Positions 19,203 to 28,654 of a DNA stretch of 64,000 bases are shown one piece after another. The first letter of the stretch is position 1. Each line of letters begins with the position of its first letter. The DNA lies in contig JAXMNT010000026.1 in the NCBI GenBank assembly GCA_034670305.1, positions 40,529 to 104,528 on the forward strand, read 5' to 3'. The notes beneath the pieces are model-generated. The model was not told where the DNA came from and ran no database searches. It saw nothing but the letters and a program-made list of their open reading frames with translations. Made by a program: the position numbers and the translations under genes. This DNA is from Deltaproteobacteria bacterium. Its GTDB lineage: Bacteria > Myxococcota_A > Polyangia > Polyangiales > Houyiibacteriaceae.

Positions 19203-21037
19203 GCAAGAAGCGGAAGAAGAAGAAAAAGAAGAAGCAGTCGTCCATTCCGGCTGCGTCTTCCACGAAGCGCAGCGAACCGGCCATCGGCGAAGCCTTTCGG
19301 CCCAAGCAGCCCGATCACGCACCGGCCGCGCCGCGGGTGAAACGACGCGCTCCCCGACAGGGTTGGGGCGGCTTCTGGTACGGCCCGGTCGATCCGGTCC
19401 GGCCGTGGCTGCTCTCGCGCCTGCTGCTGATGATGGTGGCGTTCGACTGTTGGCTCGATCTCGTACCGCACGGTGGCCGGTACGGGTTCAACGACTTCAA
19501 CGTCGCGCACTTCCGGATCCTCGACGCCCTGCAGCCGGTGCCGAGCAGCGGGTTCTACGTCGGGACCATTCTGCTGACCGGCTTCGCGGCGTTCGTGATG
19601 GCGCTGTCCAAACCCAACCGCCTGGGTCTCGCGGCGGTGTTCGGGCTCTACACCTACGCGTGGATGATGAGCATGCTGGACAGCTACCAGCACCACTACC
19701 TCATCTCGCTGTTGCTCTTCGCGCTCATCTTCTTTCCGCGAGTCGCGGCGGCCGATGTCTTTCCGCGCTCCAAGGGGCGCACGCCCCCGAGCGCGGTGAT
19801 CGGCGGCGCGCTCTTCGGGTACGGCGTCTACGAAACGGTGGTCGGGGTGTGCGGCGGCCCGACGCCGCTTGGGCTCTTCGGACCCGGCGCCGCGGTGGGC
19901 ACCCCGGCGTGGATCTGGATGGTGCGGGTTGCGATGGCACTCGGCGGCGGCCTGCTCGCGTTTCTTCCCGAGAAGAAACCCGACGTGCTCGACCCGAAGA
20001 AGCTGAAAGCGACCGCACCGAAACGGAAGTTCCCCGAGATCAGCGCGTGGGGCTACGTCCTGCTCGGCGTGACCTGCGCGATCGTCTACTTCTACACCGC
20101 GGTCGGCAAACTCAGCCCAGACTGGCGCGATGGACACGCGCTCCAGCGCCTCGGCCGCAGCGAACACCTCAGCGCACTCTTGAACACCGCGACCACCGAG
20201 GGCCTCCCCCTCTTCGGGGTGATGGAACCGGCGTCGTTCTGGAAGTGGATGGCGGCCGGCGCGATCTTGGTCCAGTTCGTCACCTGCGCCGGCTACATCG
20301 CGGGGTCCCGCTACGAGGTCCTGCCGCGCTGGGGCCGGTGGGCACTGGCCGTCGCACTCGGCGCACCGATCTCGTTTCACATCGGCGCCGAGCTCGGTCT
20401 GAGCCTCGACATCGGCTGGTTCAGTTTCTACATGATCCTCGTCCCGCTCGTGTTCTTCCTCCCCGCGGTGGTGCTGCGTCGGGTGAGCGAAGGCGCAGCG
20501 CTCGCCTCGGGGTGGGTCCAGTCGAAGTGGCCCGCCTCCCTTCCGACGAGCACGACCGCGATGGTGACCGCGGTGGCCGGCATCGGCGTGGCGCTCTTCG
20601 TCGGCATGCGGATCGACCTGCCGGGCGCCCACATGGCGCTGACGATCGGCGCGATGTGCGTCGCGGCCGCGGCCATCAACGGCGTGCGTCTGAGGCGCGC
20701 ACCCGAGGCGCTCTCGTGGGCGGCGGGCAGCGTGCTCGCGCTCATCTTCTGTTGGGGGTCGATCGCCCAGAGCGAAGCGCGTTTCGACTTCTACCGATTC
20801 GTCGGCGGCGAGTACCGCCGCCACGGCGAACCCGAGCGCGCGCTCGACGCCTACGTGAAAGCGAACCGGTACGTCGTCTCGCCGTGGTGTCTCTACCGCG
20901 GGCGCGATCTGGTCGAGTGTTACCGGGACGAGACGTACGCGGGTGAGGTCGCCGCAGGGCTCGAGGGCGTGCGGGTGGAGCGGCGCGATCGCCAGCGTCA
21001 GGAAGACGAGATGCGCGCGCTCGTCGGTGCCGAGTGA
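19199..21037 (+). CDS. HTTM-domain (vitamin-K-dependent gamma-carboxylase-like) membrane protein
   Basis: YQHHYL, VYFYTAVGKLSPDWRDG, FH...L.IGWFS..M motifs; many TM helices; poly-Lys N-terminus; TPR-like tail. Confidence 0.8.
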   Translation: MSKKRKKKKKKKQSSIPAASSTKRSEPAIGEAFRPKQPDHAPAAPRVKRRAPRQGWGGFWYGPVDPVRPWLLSRLLLMMVAFDCWLDLVPHGGRYGFNDFNVAHFRILDALQPVPSSGFYVGTILLTGFAAFVMALSKPNRLGLAAVFGLYTYAWMMSMLDSYQHHYLISLLLFALIFFPRVAAADVFPRSKGRTPPSAVIGGALFGYGVYETVVGVCGGPTPLGLFGPGAAVGTPAWIWMVRVAMALGGGLLAFLPEKKPDVLDPKKLKATAPKRKFPEISAWGYVLLGVTCAIVYFYTAVGKLSPDWRDGHALQRLGRSEHLSALLNTATTEGLPLFGVMEPASFWKWMAAGAILVQFVTCAGYIAGSRYEVLPRWGRWALAVALGAPISFHIGAELGLSLDIGWFSFYMILVPLVFFLPAVVLRRVSEGAALASGWVQSKWPASLPTSTTAMVTAVAGIGVALFVGMRIDLPGAHMALTIGAMCVAAAAINGVRLRRAPEALSWAAGSVLALIFCWGSIAQSEARFDFYRFVGGEYRRHGEPERALDAYVKANRYVVSPWCLYRGRDLVECYRDETYAGEVAAGLEGVRVERRDRQRQEDEMRALVGAE

Positions 21038-22260
21038 CGCCGGGGACGCCGAGTGGGGTCGCGCTCGTCGGGGATCAATGGATCCTGCCAGGCATCGCCA
21101 CCGCGCACTCGCACGCGTTCCAACGGGCGCTGCGAGGTCGTACGCAATCGGTGAACGCGTCGGCGACCCGCGACTTCTGGTCGTGGCGGGGATTGATGTA
21201 CCAGCTCGCTGGGCGGCTCGATCCGGACTCGATCTACGACTTGAGCCGGTTCGCGTTCGCGGAACTCGCCCGCCACGGCGTCACCGCGGTCGGTGAGTTC
21301 CACTACGTGCAGCACGACCCGAAGGGCCAGCCCTACGCCGACCGCATCGCGATGGCGGACGCGGTGGTTCGGGCGGCGCGGGACGTCGGGTTGCGGATCA
21401 CCTTGCTGCGCGTGCTCTATCAACGCGGCGGGTTCGGACGCGGCCTCGACGAGGTCCAGCGGCGGTTCTCGGATCCGGAGGTCGGGCACGCGCTCGCCGA
21501 CGCCGACGCGATCGCGGCCCGGTTCGAGTCGGACGAAGGTGTGCGGGTCGGGCTCGCCCCCCACAGCGTCCGAGCGGCGGGTTCGGAATGGCTCGAGGCC
21601 GCGCGCGATCACTGCGAAGCGCGTGGATGGCCGCTGCACATGCACGTGTCGGAGCAGCCGCGGGAGAACCAGGAGTGTCTTGCCGAGCATGGGCTGACGC
21701 CGGTCGGTCTGCTCGAGCGACTCGGTCTGCTCTCGGAACGGTTCGTCGCTGTCCACGCCACCCACCTGCGCCGGAGCGACGTCGCATCCCTGGCCTCGAG
21801 CGGTGCGACGGCGTGCATCTGCCGAACGACCGAGCGCGACCTCGGAGACGGAGCGCCGGATCTGTCGGCGCTGGTGCGCGCTGGGGTGAAGCTCAGCGTG
21901 GGCGTCGACAGCCACGCGCAGAGCGATCCCTTCGAGGAGCTTCGCGCGGTCGAGCTCGACGAACGCACCCGACTCGGACAGCGGCAGGTGGCCCTGGATG
22001 GCCCCGCGTTGCTGGAGGCGGGGTCGACGTCCGGGTACGCCTGCATCGGCCAGGCCCTCCAGGGCGACCGGATCTGGCTCGACGCCAACGACTTCTCGCT
22101 CGGGGGCGATGCCGGCGTGGATGGCATCGTGTTTGGAGCGAACGGGCGCGCCGTGCAGCGAAGCCGGGTGCTCGGCGCAGACGTCGTGATGGACGGCCGG
22201 GTGCCCCACCAAGACGCGATCACCGCCGCCTTTCGATCCGCGGTCGCGCGGCTCTCGTAG
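21034..22260 (+). CDS. hutF: Formimidoylglutamate deiminase (amidohydrolase)
   Basis: AHSHAFQRALRG, DFWSWR..MY, VGEFHY, APHSVRA, HMHVSEQPRE, TTERDLGDG, GVDSH. Confidence 0.85.
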   Translation: MTPGTPSGVALVGDQWILPGIATAHSHAFQRALRGRTQSVNASATRDFWSWRGLMYQLAGRLDPDSIYDLSRFAFAELARHGVTAVGEFHYVQHDPKGQPYADRIAMADAVVRAARDVGLRITLLRVLYQRGGFGRGLDEVQRRFSDPEVGHALADADAIAARFESDEGVRVGLAPHSVRAAGSEWLEAARDHCEARGWPLHMHVSEQPRENQECLAEHGLTPVGLLERLGLLSERFVAVHATHLRRSDVASLASSGATACICRTTERDLGDGAPDLSALVRAGVKLSVGVDSHAQSDPFEELRAVELDERTRLGQRQVALDGPALLEAGSTSGYACIGQALQGDRIWLDANDFSLGGDAGVDGIVFGANGRAVQRSRVLGADVVMDGRVPHQDAITAAFRSAVARLS

Positions 22261-22298
22261 GATCTGAAACGCGCGGCGCCGTCGCACGTAGACTCTTC

Positions 22299-22994
22299 AT
22301 GGTGGACTCGAAGCAACGCGACACTCGGCGAACCTTCATCCGGCGGGCCGCCGCAGGCACCGCGATCGCGGCGCTGGGTGGTTGGTACATGCTGGACGAC
22401 GAGCTCACCGCAGAGGCGCGTGCGCAGGTCCGGCCGGATGGACGGCCGCGGCTGCCGCCTGGGCAGCGGGTCCTCTCCGAGCTGCGGGAGATGGGCGGCC
22501 AGATGGGTTCGGCGTCGCTCTCGGAGCTGCGGATCCGGGTGCATGGAGAAGTCGAGGCGCCGCTCCTCCTCACGTTCCGGGAGCTGCTCGAGTTGCCGCA
22601 GACCGAGCGCGCGCTCGACGTGCACTGTGTGACCGGCTGGAGCGTGCTGGGAGCCCGGTTCGAAGGGGTCACCCTGACGGAGTTGGCCCGGCGGGTCCGG
22701 GTGAAGTCCTCGGCGCGGCATGTCGTGTTTGAAGCCGCGCATGGCTACACCGCCAATGTGCCGCTCCGAGAGGCGATGCGGGACGAGGTGATGGTCGCGC
22801 ACCGAATCGGCGGCCGGCGCTTGCCCCGCGCGAACGGTGGGCCGGTGCGCGGGGTGGTGCCGAACCTGTACTTCTGGAAGAGCGCGAAGTGGCTGACCGG
22901 CATCCGGTTCTCGCGCCGCGATGTCCCCGGCTACTGGGAGGTGCGCGGCTACCACAACGTCGGCGACCCGTGGCGCGAGCAACGCTACGGATGA
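22299..22994 (+). CDS. Sulfite-oxidase-like molybdopterin oxidoreductase with twin-arginine signal
   Basis: Start ATG 22299; TRRTFI Tat motif; RLPPGQ, DVHCVTGWS, GGPVR, YFWKSAKW, GYWE.RGYH..GDPW.EQRY. Confidence 0.85.
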   Translation: MVDSKQRDTRRTFIRRAAAGTAIAALGGWYMLDDELTAEARAQVRPDGRPRLPPGQRVLSELREMGGQMGSASLSELRIRVHGEVEAPLLLTFRELLELPQTERALDVHCVTGWSVLGARFEGVTLTELARRVRVKSSARHVVFEAAHGYTANVPLREAMRDEVMVAHRIGGRRLPRANGGPVRGVVPNLYFWKSAKWLTGIRFSRRDVPGYWEVRGYHNVGDPWREQRYG

Positions 22995-23659
22995 CGGGGC
23001 GGGACAACCTGGACTCCGCCGCTCGGCAAGACGGCCCCGAAGACGGTTCGCTTCCCCCAGACGGCGCAACCGATGAAGGCAGCTCCGAGAAGTCGGCCGC
23101 GAAGAAACGGGGCGCCGCGCTTCGCCGAACCTTGCGCGCGCTCCACCGGGACGCGGGCTACCTCGTCGTCGGCCTGACGTTCGTCTACGCGCTCAGCGGC
23201 ATCGCCGTGAACCACGTCGAGGACTGGGACCCGAGCTTCGCGCATTTCGAACACACCCATCAGGTCACCCTGCCAGCGGGCGCGGACCAGGACGCGACCG
23301 TGGCCGCAGTGCTCAGCGCCCTCGAGATCGAGGAGATCCCGGTCGAGGTCTACGAAGCATCAGAGACCGAGCTCGACGTGGTCCTCGACCGCCGGACGTT
23401 GCACGTGGATCTGCGGAGCGGCGAAGTCTTCGAAGAAGGCCAAGAGCCCCGCTTCCTGCTGAGGGCCGCCAACTGGCTGCACCTCAACCGGGGCAAAGCC
23501 GCGTGGACCTACGTCGCGGACGGCTTCGCGGTCCTGCTCTTGTTTCTGGCGACCAGCGGCCTGTTCATGCTGCCTGGCCGCAAAGGCCTGCTCGGTCGGG
23601 GCGGCATACTGGTGCTCATCGGTGCAGCGGTCCCCGTCCTCTACGTCCTCCTGAGCTGA
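22991..23659 (+). CDS. PepSY-associated TM-helix protein
   Basis: ATGA overlap; LHRDAGY...YALSGIAVNH and NWLH.NRG..AW motifs. Confidence 0.8.
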   Translation: MTGRDNLDSAARQDGPEDGSLPPDGATDEGSSEKSAAKKRGAALRRTLRALHRDAGYLVVGLTFVYALSGIAVNHVEDWDPSFAHFEHTHQVTLPAGADQDATVAAVLSALEIEEIPVEVYEASETELDVVLDRRTLHVDLRSGEVFEEGQEPRFLLRAANWLHLNRGKAAWTYVADGFAVLLLFLATSGLFMLPGRKGLLGRGGILVLIGAAVPVLYVLLS

Positions 23660-23823
23660 CCCAATCGGGGGCGAGCCTTCGGGGCGACAGCGTCGAGAAC
23701 TCTACCGAGGGCATGTCTCAACCCGCTGAGCGGGGACTTGGATCGGTGTGCACGCCGATGGGGCGAGCGTTCGCTCCGAGGGACTGCGGGTTGCTCGGCG
23801 GAGGCGGGGTGCCAAGGTGGCGC

Positions 23824-25176
23824 ATGAGCTGGTCGGTCGACAGTTGGCGGCAAAAGAACGTCGCGCAGGCGATTCCCTACGAGGACGAGGCGGAGCTCGC
23901 AGAGGCCGTCGCGGCGCTGCGGCAACTGCCGCCGCTCGTGACGAGCTTCGAGATCGAGAAGCTCAAGTCGCTCATCGCCGATGCCCAAGCCGGCAAGCGG
24001 TTCGTGCTGCAAGGCGGCGACTGCGCGGAGAGTCTGAGCGACTGCCGACCGGGGCCCATCGCGGCGAAGCTCAAGATCTTGCTCCAGATGAGCATGGTGC
24101 TGATTCACGGCGGAGAGCGTTCCGTCGTGCGCATCGGGCGGTTCGCGGGCCAGTACGCCAAACCCCGTTCCAAACCCTACGAGACGATTGGCGACGTCAC
24201 GCTCCCGAACTACTTCGGGGATCTGGTCAACCGCCCGGAGTTCACGCCCGAGGCGCGCCGCGCCGATCCGAGCCTGCTCATCGATGGCTACAAACACGCC
24301 GCGATGACCCTCAACTTCATCCGCTCCCTGACCGACAGCGGCTTCGCGGACCTGCACCACCCGGAGTACTGGGATCTGTCCTTCATGGAGAGCGCGACCC
24401 TCTCCGCCTCCCTGCGCGACGCCTACCAGCGCACCGTCGACTCCGTCTCGTCCTCGTTGCGCTTCGTGCAGTCGCTCGGCGATGGCGCGGCCAGCGAACT
24501 GCAGCGGGTCGAGTTCTTCACGAGCCACGAAGGGCTCAACCTGCACTACGAGTCCGCGCTCACCCAGACCGTGCCCCGCCGCGCCGGTCACTACGATCTG
24601 AGCGCCCACCTGCCGTGGATCGGCGAACGCACCCGCACCCTCGACGGCGCGCACATCGAGTTCTTCCGCGGCATCCAGAACCCGATCGGCGTCAAGGTCG
24701 GACCGACCGCGACCGGCGCCGACGTGCTCGCACTCCTCGACGTGCTCAACCCGGACGACGAGCCCGGCAAGATCGTGCTCATCACCCGGATGGGCGCGAA
24801 GAAGATCCGCGAAGCCCTCCCGCCGATCCTCGAAGCGGTCCACGCCACCGGGCGCCCGGTGCTCTGGATCTGCGACCCGATGCACGGCAACACCCACGAG
24901 ACGAGCTCCGGCCGCAAGACCCGAAACTTCGAAGCGATCCTCGCGGAGCTCGAAGGCTGCGTGGCGGCGCACGCCCAAGTCGGCACCTACTTCGGCGGCG
25001 TGCACTTCGAGCTCACGGGCGACGACGTGACCGAGTGCATGGGCGGCGCGGAAGGCCTCACCGAAGAGGACCTCGAGCGCAACTACACCACCCTGTGCGA
25101 TCCGCGCCTCAACTACCGCCAAGCGCTCGAGCTCACTTTCCGCATCAGCCAACTCTGGTCCAGCACCCGCCGCTGA
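23824..25176 (+). CDS. Class II DAHP synthase
   Basis: Start MSWSVDSWR; LQGGDCAE, GRFAGQYAKPRS, TSHE, WIGERTR, CDPMHGNT, DVTEC.GG, CDPRLN. Confidence 0.95.
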   Translation: MSWSVDSWRQKNVAQAIPYEDEAELAEAVAALRQLPPLVTSFEIEKLKSLIADAQAGKRFVLQGGDCAESLSDCRPGPIAAKLKILLQMSMVLIHGGERSVVRIGRFAGQYAKPRSKPYETIGDVTLPNYFGDLVNRPEFTPEARRADPSLLIDGYKHAAMTLNFIRSLTDSGFADLHHPEYWDLSFMESATLSASLRDAYQRTVDSVSSSLRFVQSLGDGAASELQRVEFFTSHEGLNLHYESALTQTVPRRAGHYDLSAHLPWIGERTRTLDGAHIEFFRGIQNPIGVKVGPTATGADVLALLDVLNPDDEPGKIVLITRMGAKKIREALPPILEAVHATGRPVLWICDPMHGNTHETSSGRKTRNFEAILAELEGCVAAHAQVGTYFGGVHFELTGDDVTECMGGAEGLTEEDLERNYTTLCDPRLNYRQALELTFRISQLWSSTRR

Positions 25177-25234
25177 CCGAGCGCCGAAAAGGCCAAGCTC
25201 AAGTGCTCTGCGCAGCCCGACAACGGTCAGCGCA

Positions 25235-25249
25235 AGTGGTCGGACCAAT
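25235..25249. promoter_or_regulatory. FadR-type operator (distal copy)
   Basis: AGTGGTC-G-GACCAAT. Confidence 0.7.
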
Positions 25250-25284
25250 GTGAGCACACGCATGCTTCGGCGTTGCCATTCTAC

Positions 25285-25299
25285 ATTGGTCGGACCAAT
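25285..25299. promoter_or_regulatory. FadR-type operator (proximal, perfect palindrome) inside a putative sigma-70 promoter
   Basis: ATTGGTC-G-GACCAAT; TTGCCA (25273-25278), 17 nt, CAATAT (25296-25301). Confidence 0.75.
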
Positions 25300-26088
25300 A
25301 TGTCAGACATGCCGACGCCGTCCAAGGACCGACTTCCGCTCGTCGAACAATGCACCCAACGTCTTCGGCGGGCGGTGCTCGACGGGACCTACCCGCCCGA
25401 GACCCGGCTCCCTTCCGAACGCACCCTGTCCGAACAGCTCGGGCTCAACCGGGTCACCGTCCGCAGCGCGATGACCCACCTCGTCGCGGGCGGACTGCTC
25501 GAGGCGCGGGTGGGAAGCGGCTACTGGGTGAAGGACTTCCGGCGCTTCGGCGGGCTCGATCTGCTGCCGGTGCTCGTCGAGTTCGAGGACCCCGTGCCGC
25601 TCGCCCGCGACCTGCTTGCCATCCGCCGCCAGCTCGCCGCGATGGTGCTCGAACAAGTGCGGGCGGTGGCCGACGAAGCCGGCTCCGAGTTCGAGAAGGC
25701 GGACCGGCTCTACTACCTCGAGGACGCGATCGCGCACCTGGCCACCTTGGTCGACGAAGGCGCAACGCGGGCCGAGCTGGCGGACGCCGACCTCGAGGTC
25801 ATCGCGCGCCTGGTCGAGATCACGGGCAGCCGCGCACTGCAGCTCTGCTTCAACCCACTCGCCCGCGTGGTCCACGACTTCCCCGCCCTGCGGGATGCGC
25901 TCTACGCGGAGCCGTCCAAGAACCTCGTGGCGTACAAGGCGTTGCTTCGCTGGATTCAGGGCGCGACCGACGCCGACCCGGCCGCGCTGTTGAAGGCGAT
26001 GGCGGCTCGGGACCGGGCGACAGTGACCGCACTCGAGCGCTCCCAGAAACGCATGTCCGGGCGCACGTCCCCGAAGAGGCCCTCATGA
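25300..26088 (+). CDS. GntR family, FadR-subfamily transcriptional regulator
   Basis: RLPSERTLSEQLGLNRVTVRSA winged HTH; GSGYWVKDFRRFGGLDLL linker; start 25300 or 25309. Confidence 0.9.
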   Translation: MSDMPTPSKDRLPLVEQCTQRLRRAVLDGTYPPETRLPSERTLSEQLGLNRVTVRSAMTHLVAGGLLEARVGSGYWVKDFRRFGGLDLLPVLVEFEDPVPLARDLLAIRRQLAAMVLEQVRAVADEAGSEFEKADRLYYLEDAIAHLATLVDEGATRAELADADLEVIARLVEITGSRALQLCFNPLARVVHDFPALRDALYAEPSKNLVAYKALLRWIQGATDADPAALLKAMAARDRATVTALERSQKRMSGRTSPKRPS

Positions 26089-26837
26089 GTACCGCATCGC
26101 CAGCACACCCTCAGCCACACCCAGCCGCTCGCCCCACGCCATCTTCGCGGAGAACCCCCATTCCGGCGCACGCGCTCGGGCTGCTGTTCCCCCGAGCCAT
26201 CGCGGAGAACCTGGAGCGACTTCGCCAGTCGGGCATGCTCGCACCCGACGAGGTCCCGAACCTCTGGCAGGTCCAGCTCGGGGTCGCCCGCATGTGGCAC
26301 CGCGTCTTCTTCCGGCCTGAGAGCATCGGCACCTGCACCGACTTCGAACCCCGCCGCACCTGGCGGGCGCGCTTGCTCGAGAAGCGCGCGCTGCGGTTCC
26401 CGTTCTTGCTGCGCGAGCGCGCGGTGCATCCGCTCGACTTCTCGGGACTCGCCTCGTCGCCCTCGCGCATCGTCCGGCACCTGCTCGGCGCGCACCACGA
26501 CGGGGTGCAGTTCGCGTACGACCTCGAGATCCTGTCGATGTCGCCCGAACACCTCGACGCGCTCGAAACCGAAGCGCGGCAGGTGGTCGACGGAAGCCAT
26601 CCGCGGGGCGAGTGGCTCAGAGATCTGGTCGTCTACGAGCGCTACCACGAGCACCTGCTCGCGGCGGTCGAGCAGTTCCGGGCCGACGCCCTCGAGGTGC
26701 CCGAACACCAGCAGGACGACCCCGACATCCTCTTCCGCGCCTACATGCGCTGGTGTGCGCGCCAGCCCGCGACCCCGGCCGCCACCTGGCGCGCCTTCCG
26801 CGCGGGCACCTTCCGCCTGCCTGGGGGCGCGACCTGA
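26085..26837 (+). CDS. Hypothetical protein translationally coupled to the regulator
   Basis: ATG 26085 overlapping regulator stop (ATGA); 250 aa, high-GC3 codon use; no family recognised. Confidence 0.75.
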   Translation: MSTASPAHPQPHPAARPTPSSRRTPIPAHALGLLFPRAIAENLERLRQSGMLAPDEVPNLWQVQLGVARMWHRVFFRPESIGTCTDFEPRRTWRARLLEKRALRFPFLLRERAVHPLDFSGLASSPSRIVRHLLGAHHDGVQFAYDLEILSMSPEHLDALETEARQVVDGSHPRGEWLRDLVVYERYHEHLLAAVEQFRADALEVPEHQQDDPDILFRAYMRWCARQPATPAATWRAFRAGTFRLPGGAT

Positions 26838-26859
26838 CGACAGCGACGCCCGAGTTCGT

Positions 26860-28629
26860 TCAGGGCGCCAGCACGCGGACGGCGCGGTGCAGTCGGTCGT
26901 CTCGCCCGTCGCTGCCGAAGTAGACCATCTCTACCTGCGCGTCGGAGGCCATGGCCGCCGCGTGCCGCACCCCGAGTTGCTCCGAGCCGCGCCCCTCGGG
27001 CGCCAAGATCTCGTCGTCGACCAGCCGCCAGTGAAGGAACTCCGCCGACGAGAAGAGCGCGATCTGTTCGCGCGTCCCGTGCCGCACCGTCACCGCGAGT
27101 TGGTAGGCGGCCTGGACCACCTGCAGCGACGGGGCGCTCACTCCGTCGCCCCGAAGTAGACCGGTCGGAACGGTGCTCCACCGCGTCCAGAGCAGTCCGT
27201 TCTCCGACGCGTACGCGACCAGATCCGCGCCATCCATGGCGACCATCGCGAACCGGTAGGCGTGACTCTCCGCCGCGATGGACACCACGCTGACCTCACG
27301 AAGCGAGGCTCCGTCCGCCAAGCTGATGCCCATCGGTGCGATGAAACGCGCGCCGTCGAAGGTCCATCGGTGGATCCCCGCCGGGCTCCGGGCGTAGAGC
27401 ATGAGCGTGCCGTCCGAGAGCACCAAGGAGGGTTCGACAAGCGGTCCCCCGACGTCCGAGGTGTCCACGGCGTCTTCGCCTCGCAGGACGAACCCACTCT
27501 CGGTGCCGCCCCGTTGGGCGAGCCGGATCCCGGTGCTGGTCTGGAGCGCGAGCTGCAGCGTGCCTGAGGCATCCAGCGCGAGGGAGGGCTGTTGGCCGCC
27601 CTCGAGTTCCACCGCGGTGGGGTTCGAGGGCAAGCGGAACTCGACCAGCGTTCGGTCCCTCCACGCGCGCGGCATGTCACATCCCGAGGCCGTGATCTGG
27701 AGTTCGGAGAGGCGGGCCCCAACCGGTCCCGACCCGTCCGGGTTCTCGCTTCGTCCCCACACCGCGAGGTGCGCCGACGCGGGCGGAATGAAGGGCACCT
27801 CCTCCGACACTTCGGTCCCCAGGGTCACGGTCGCCGTTCCCGTGGGCGCCACGGTCAACGACCACGGTCCAGCGGGGTTGGTCAGGTCCGCGAGCGGGAA
27901 CCTTCGGGCCACCCGGCCGTGCACGAGCAGAAGCACTTCGCGCGGGCTCAGCTCGAGGCCCACGAGCGCGTCGACGTGCGCGGTCGCACCGCTCGGCCGC
28001 GTCGTCGCCAGGCCCACCGCCGCACTCTCGAGACAGTCCGTGCACTCCGGCCGGCCGAACGAGACGTCGAAGTGCAACTGCTCGCGGCGCAGGTCGACCT
28101 CTCGACCGACGAGCCCGCTGTCGAACTCCGCGTCTCCGCCAAGCGCGAGTCCGCCGTGAAAGAACGGGGCCGGGGAGCCGAACTCGGTCCAGGCCCCAAG
28201 GGGCGCGCAGCTCGTGACCGGCGCCGCGCACCCGTCGAACGCGCCGGGCCCGAACGCGACCGGCGTGTCTTGCAGCACGCAGCAGTTGGTGGTGCCGACG
28301 CAGCAGCTCACGAGGTTCACGCAGCCGGTGTCGGCGCAATCGACCGCGCCCGAACCGTCGTTGTCGTCCCCGTCGTAACAGGTGTTGGTGGCGGTCGACG
28401 CATCGTCGCCTTCGCCGCCCGACGCGAAGAGCTCGCCCCGGACCGAATCCATCGGCGGAAGCCCTGGTTCGAGGTTCGGAAGGCCCGCGTCTTCAAAGAG
28501 GCCAGGTGCGTCGCCGCGCGGGCCGACGTCGCTCGCGGCCGCATCCGGCGCGGTGCCTGCGTCGACCGCGCCGATGACCGGCTCTCCGCACGAGATCACC
28601 GAGAGCACGAGCAGTGTCGCGAGCTTCAT
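26860..28629 (-). CDS. Cys-rich lipoprotein, paralog 4 (Cys/Ca-type repeat, lectin-like middle, propeller-like C-terminus)
   Basis: Start MKLATLLVLSVIS-C at 28629 with GAGGTGG RBS; TCYDGDDNDGSGAVDCAD..C....CC; CDMP..W. Confidence 0.75.
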   Translation of the reverse strand: MKLATLLVLSVISCGEPVIGAVDAGTAPDAAASDVGPRGDAPGLFEDAGLPNLEPGLPPMDSVRGELFASGGEGDDASTATNTCYDGDDNDGSGAVDCADTGCVNLVSCCVGTTNCCVLQDTPVAFGPGAFDGCAAPVTSCAPLGAWTEFGSPAPFFHGGLALGGDAEFDSGLVGREVDLRREQLHFDVSFGRPECTDCLESAAVGLATTRPSGATAHVDALVGLELSPREVLLLVHGRVARRFPLADLTNPAGPWSLTVAPTGTATVTLGTEVSEEVPFIPPASAHLAVWGRSENPDGSGPVGARLSELQITASGCDMPRAWRDRTLVEFRLPSNPTAVELEGGQQPSLALDASGTLQLALQTSTGIRLAQRGGTESGFVLRGEDAVDTSDVGGPLVEPSLVLSDGTLMLYARSPAGIHRWTFDGARFIAPMGISLADGASLREVSVVSIAAESHAYRFAMVAMDGADLVAYASENGLLWTRWSTVPTGLLRGDGVSAPSLQVVQAAYQLAVTVRHGTREQIALFSSAEFLHWRLVDDEILAPEGRGSEQLGVRHAAAMASDAQVEMVYFGSDGRDDRLHRAVRVLAP

Positions 28630-28654
28630 CACGCCCCACCTCTGACCCTGGCGA

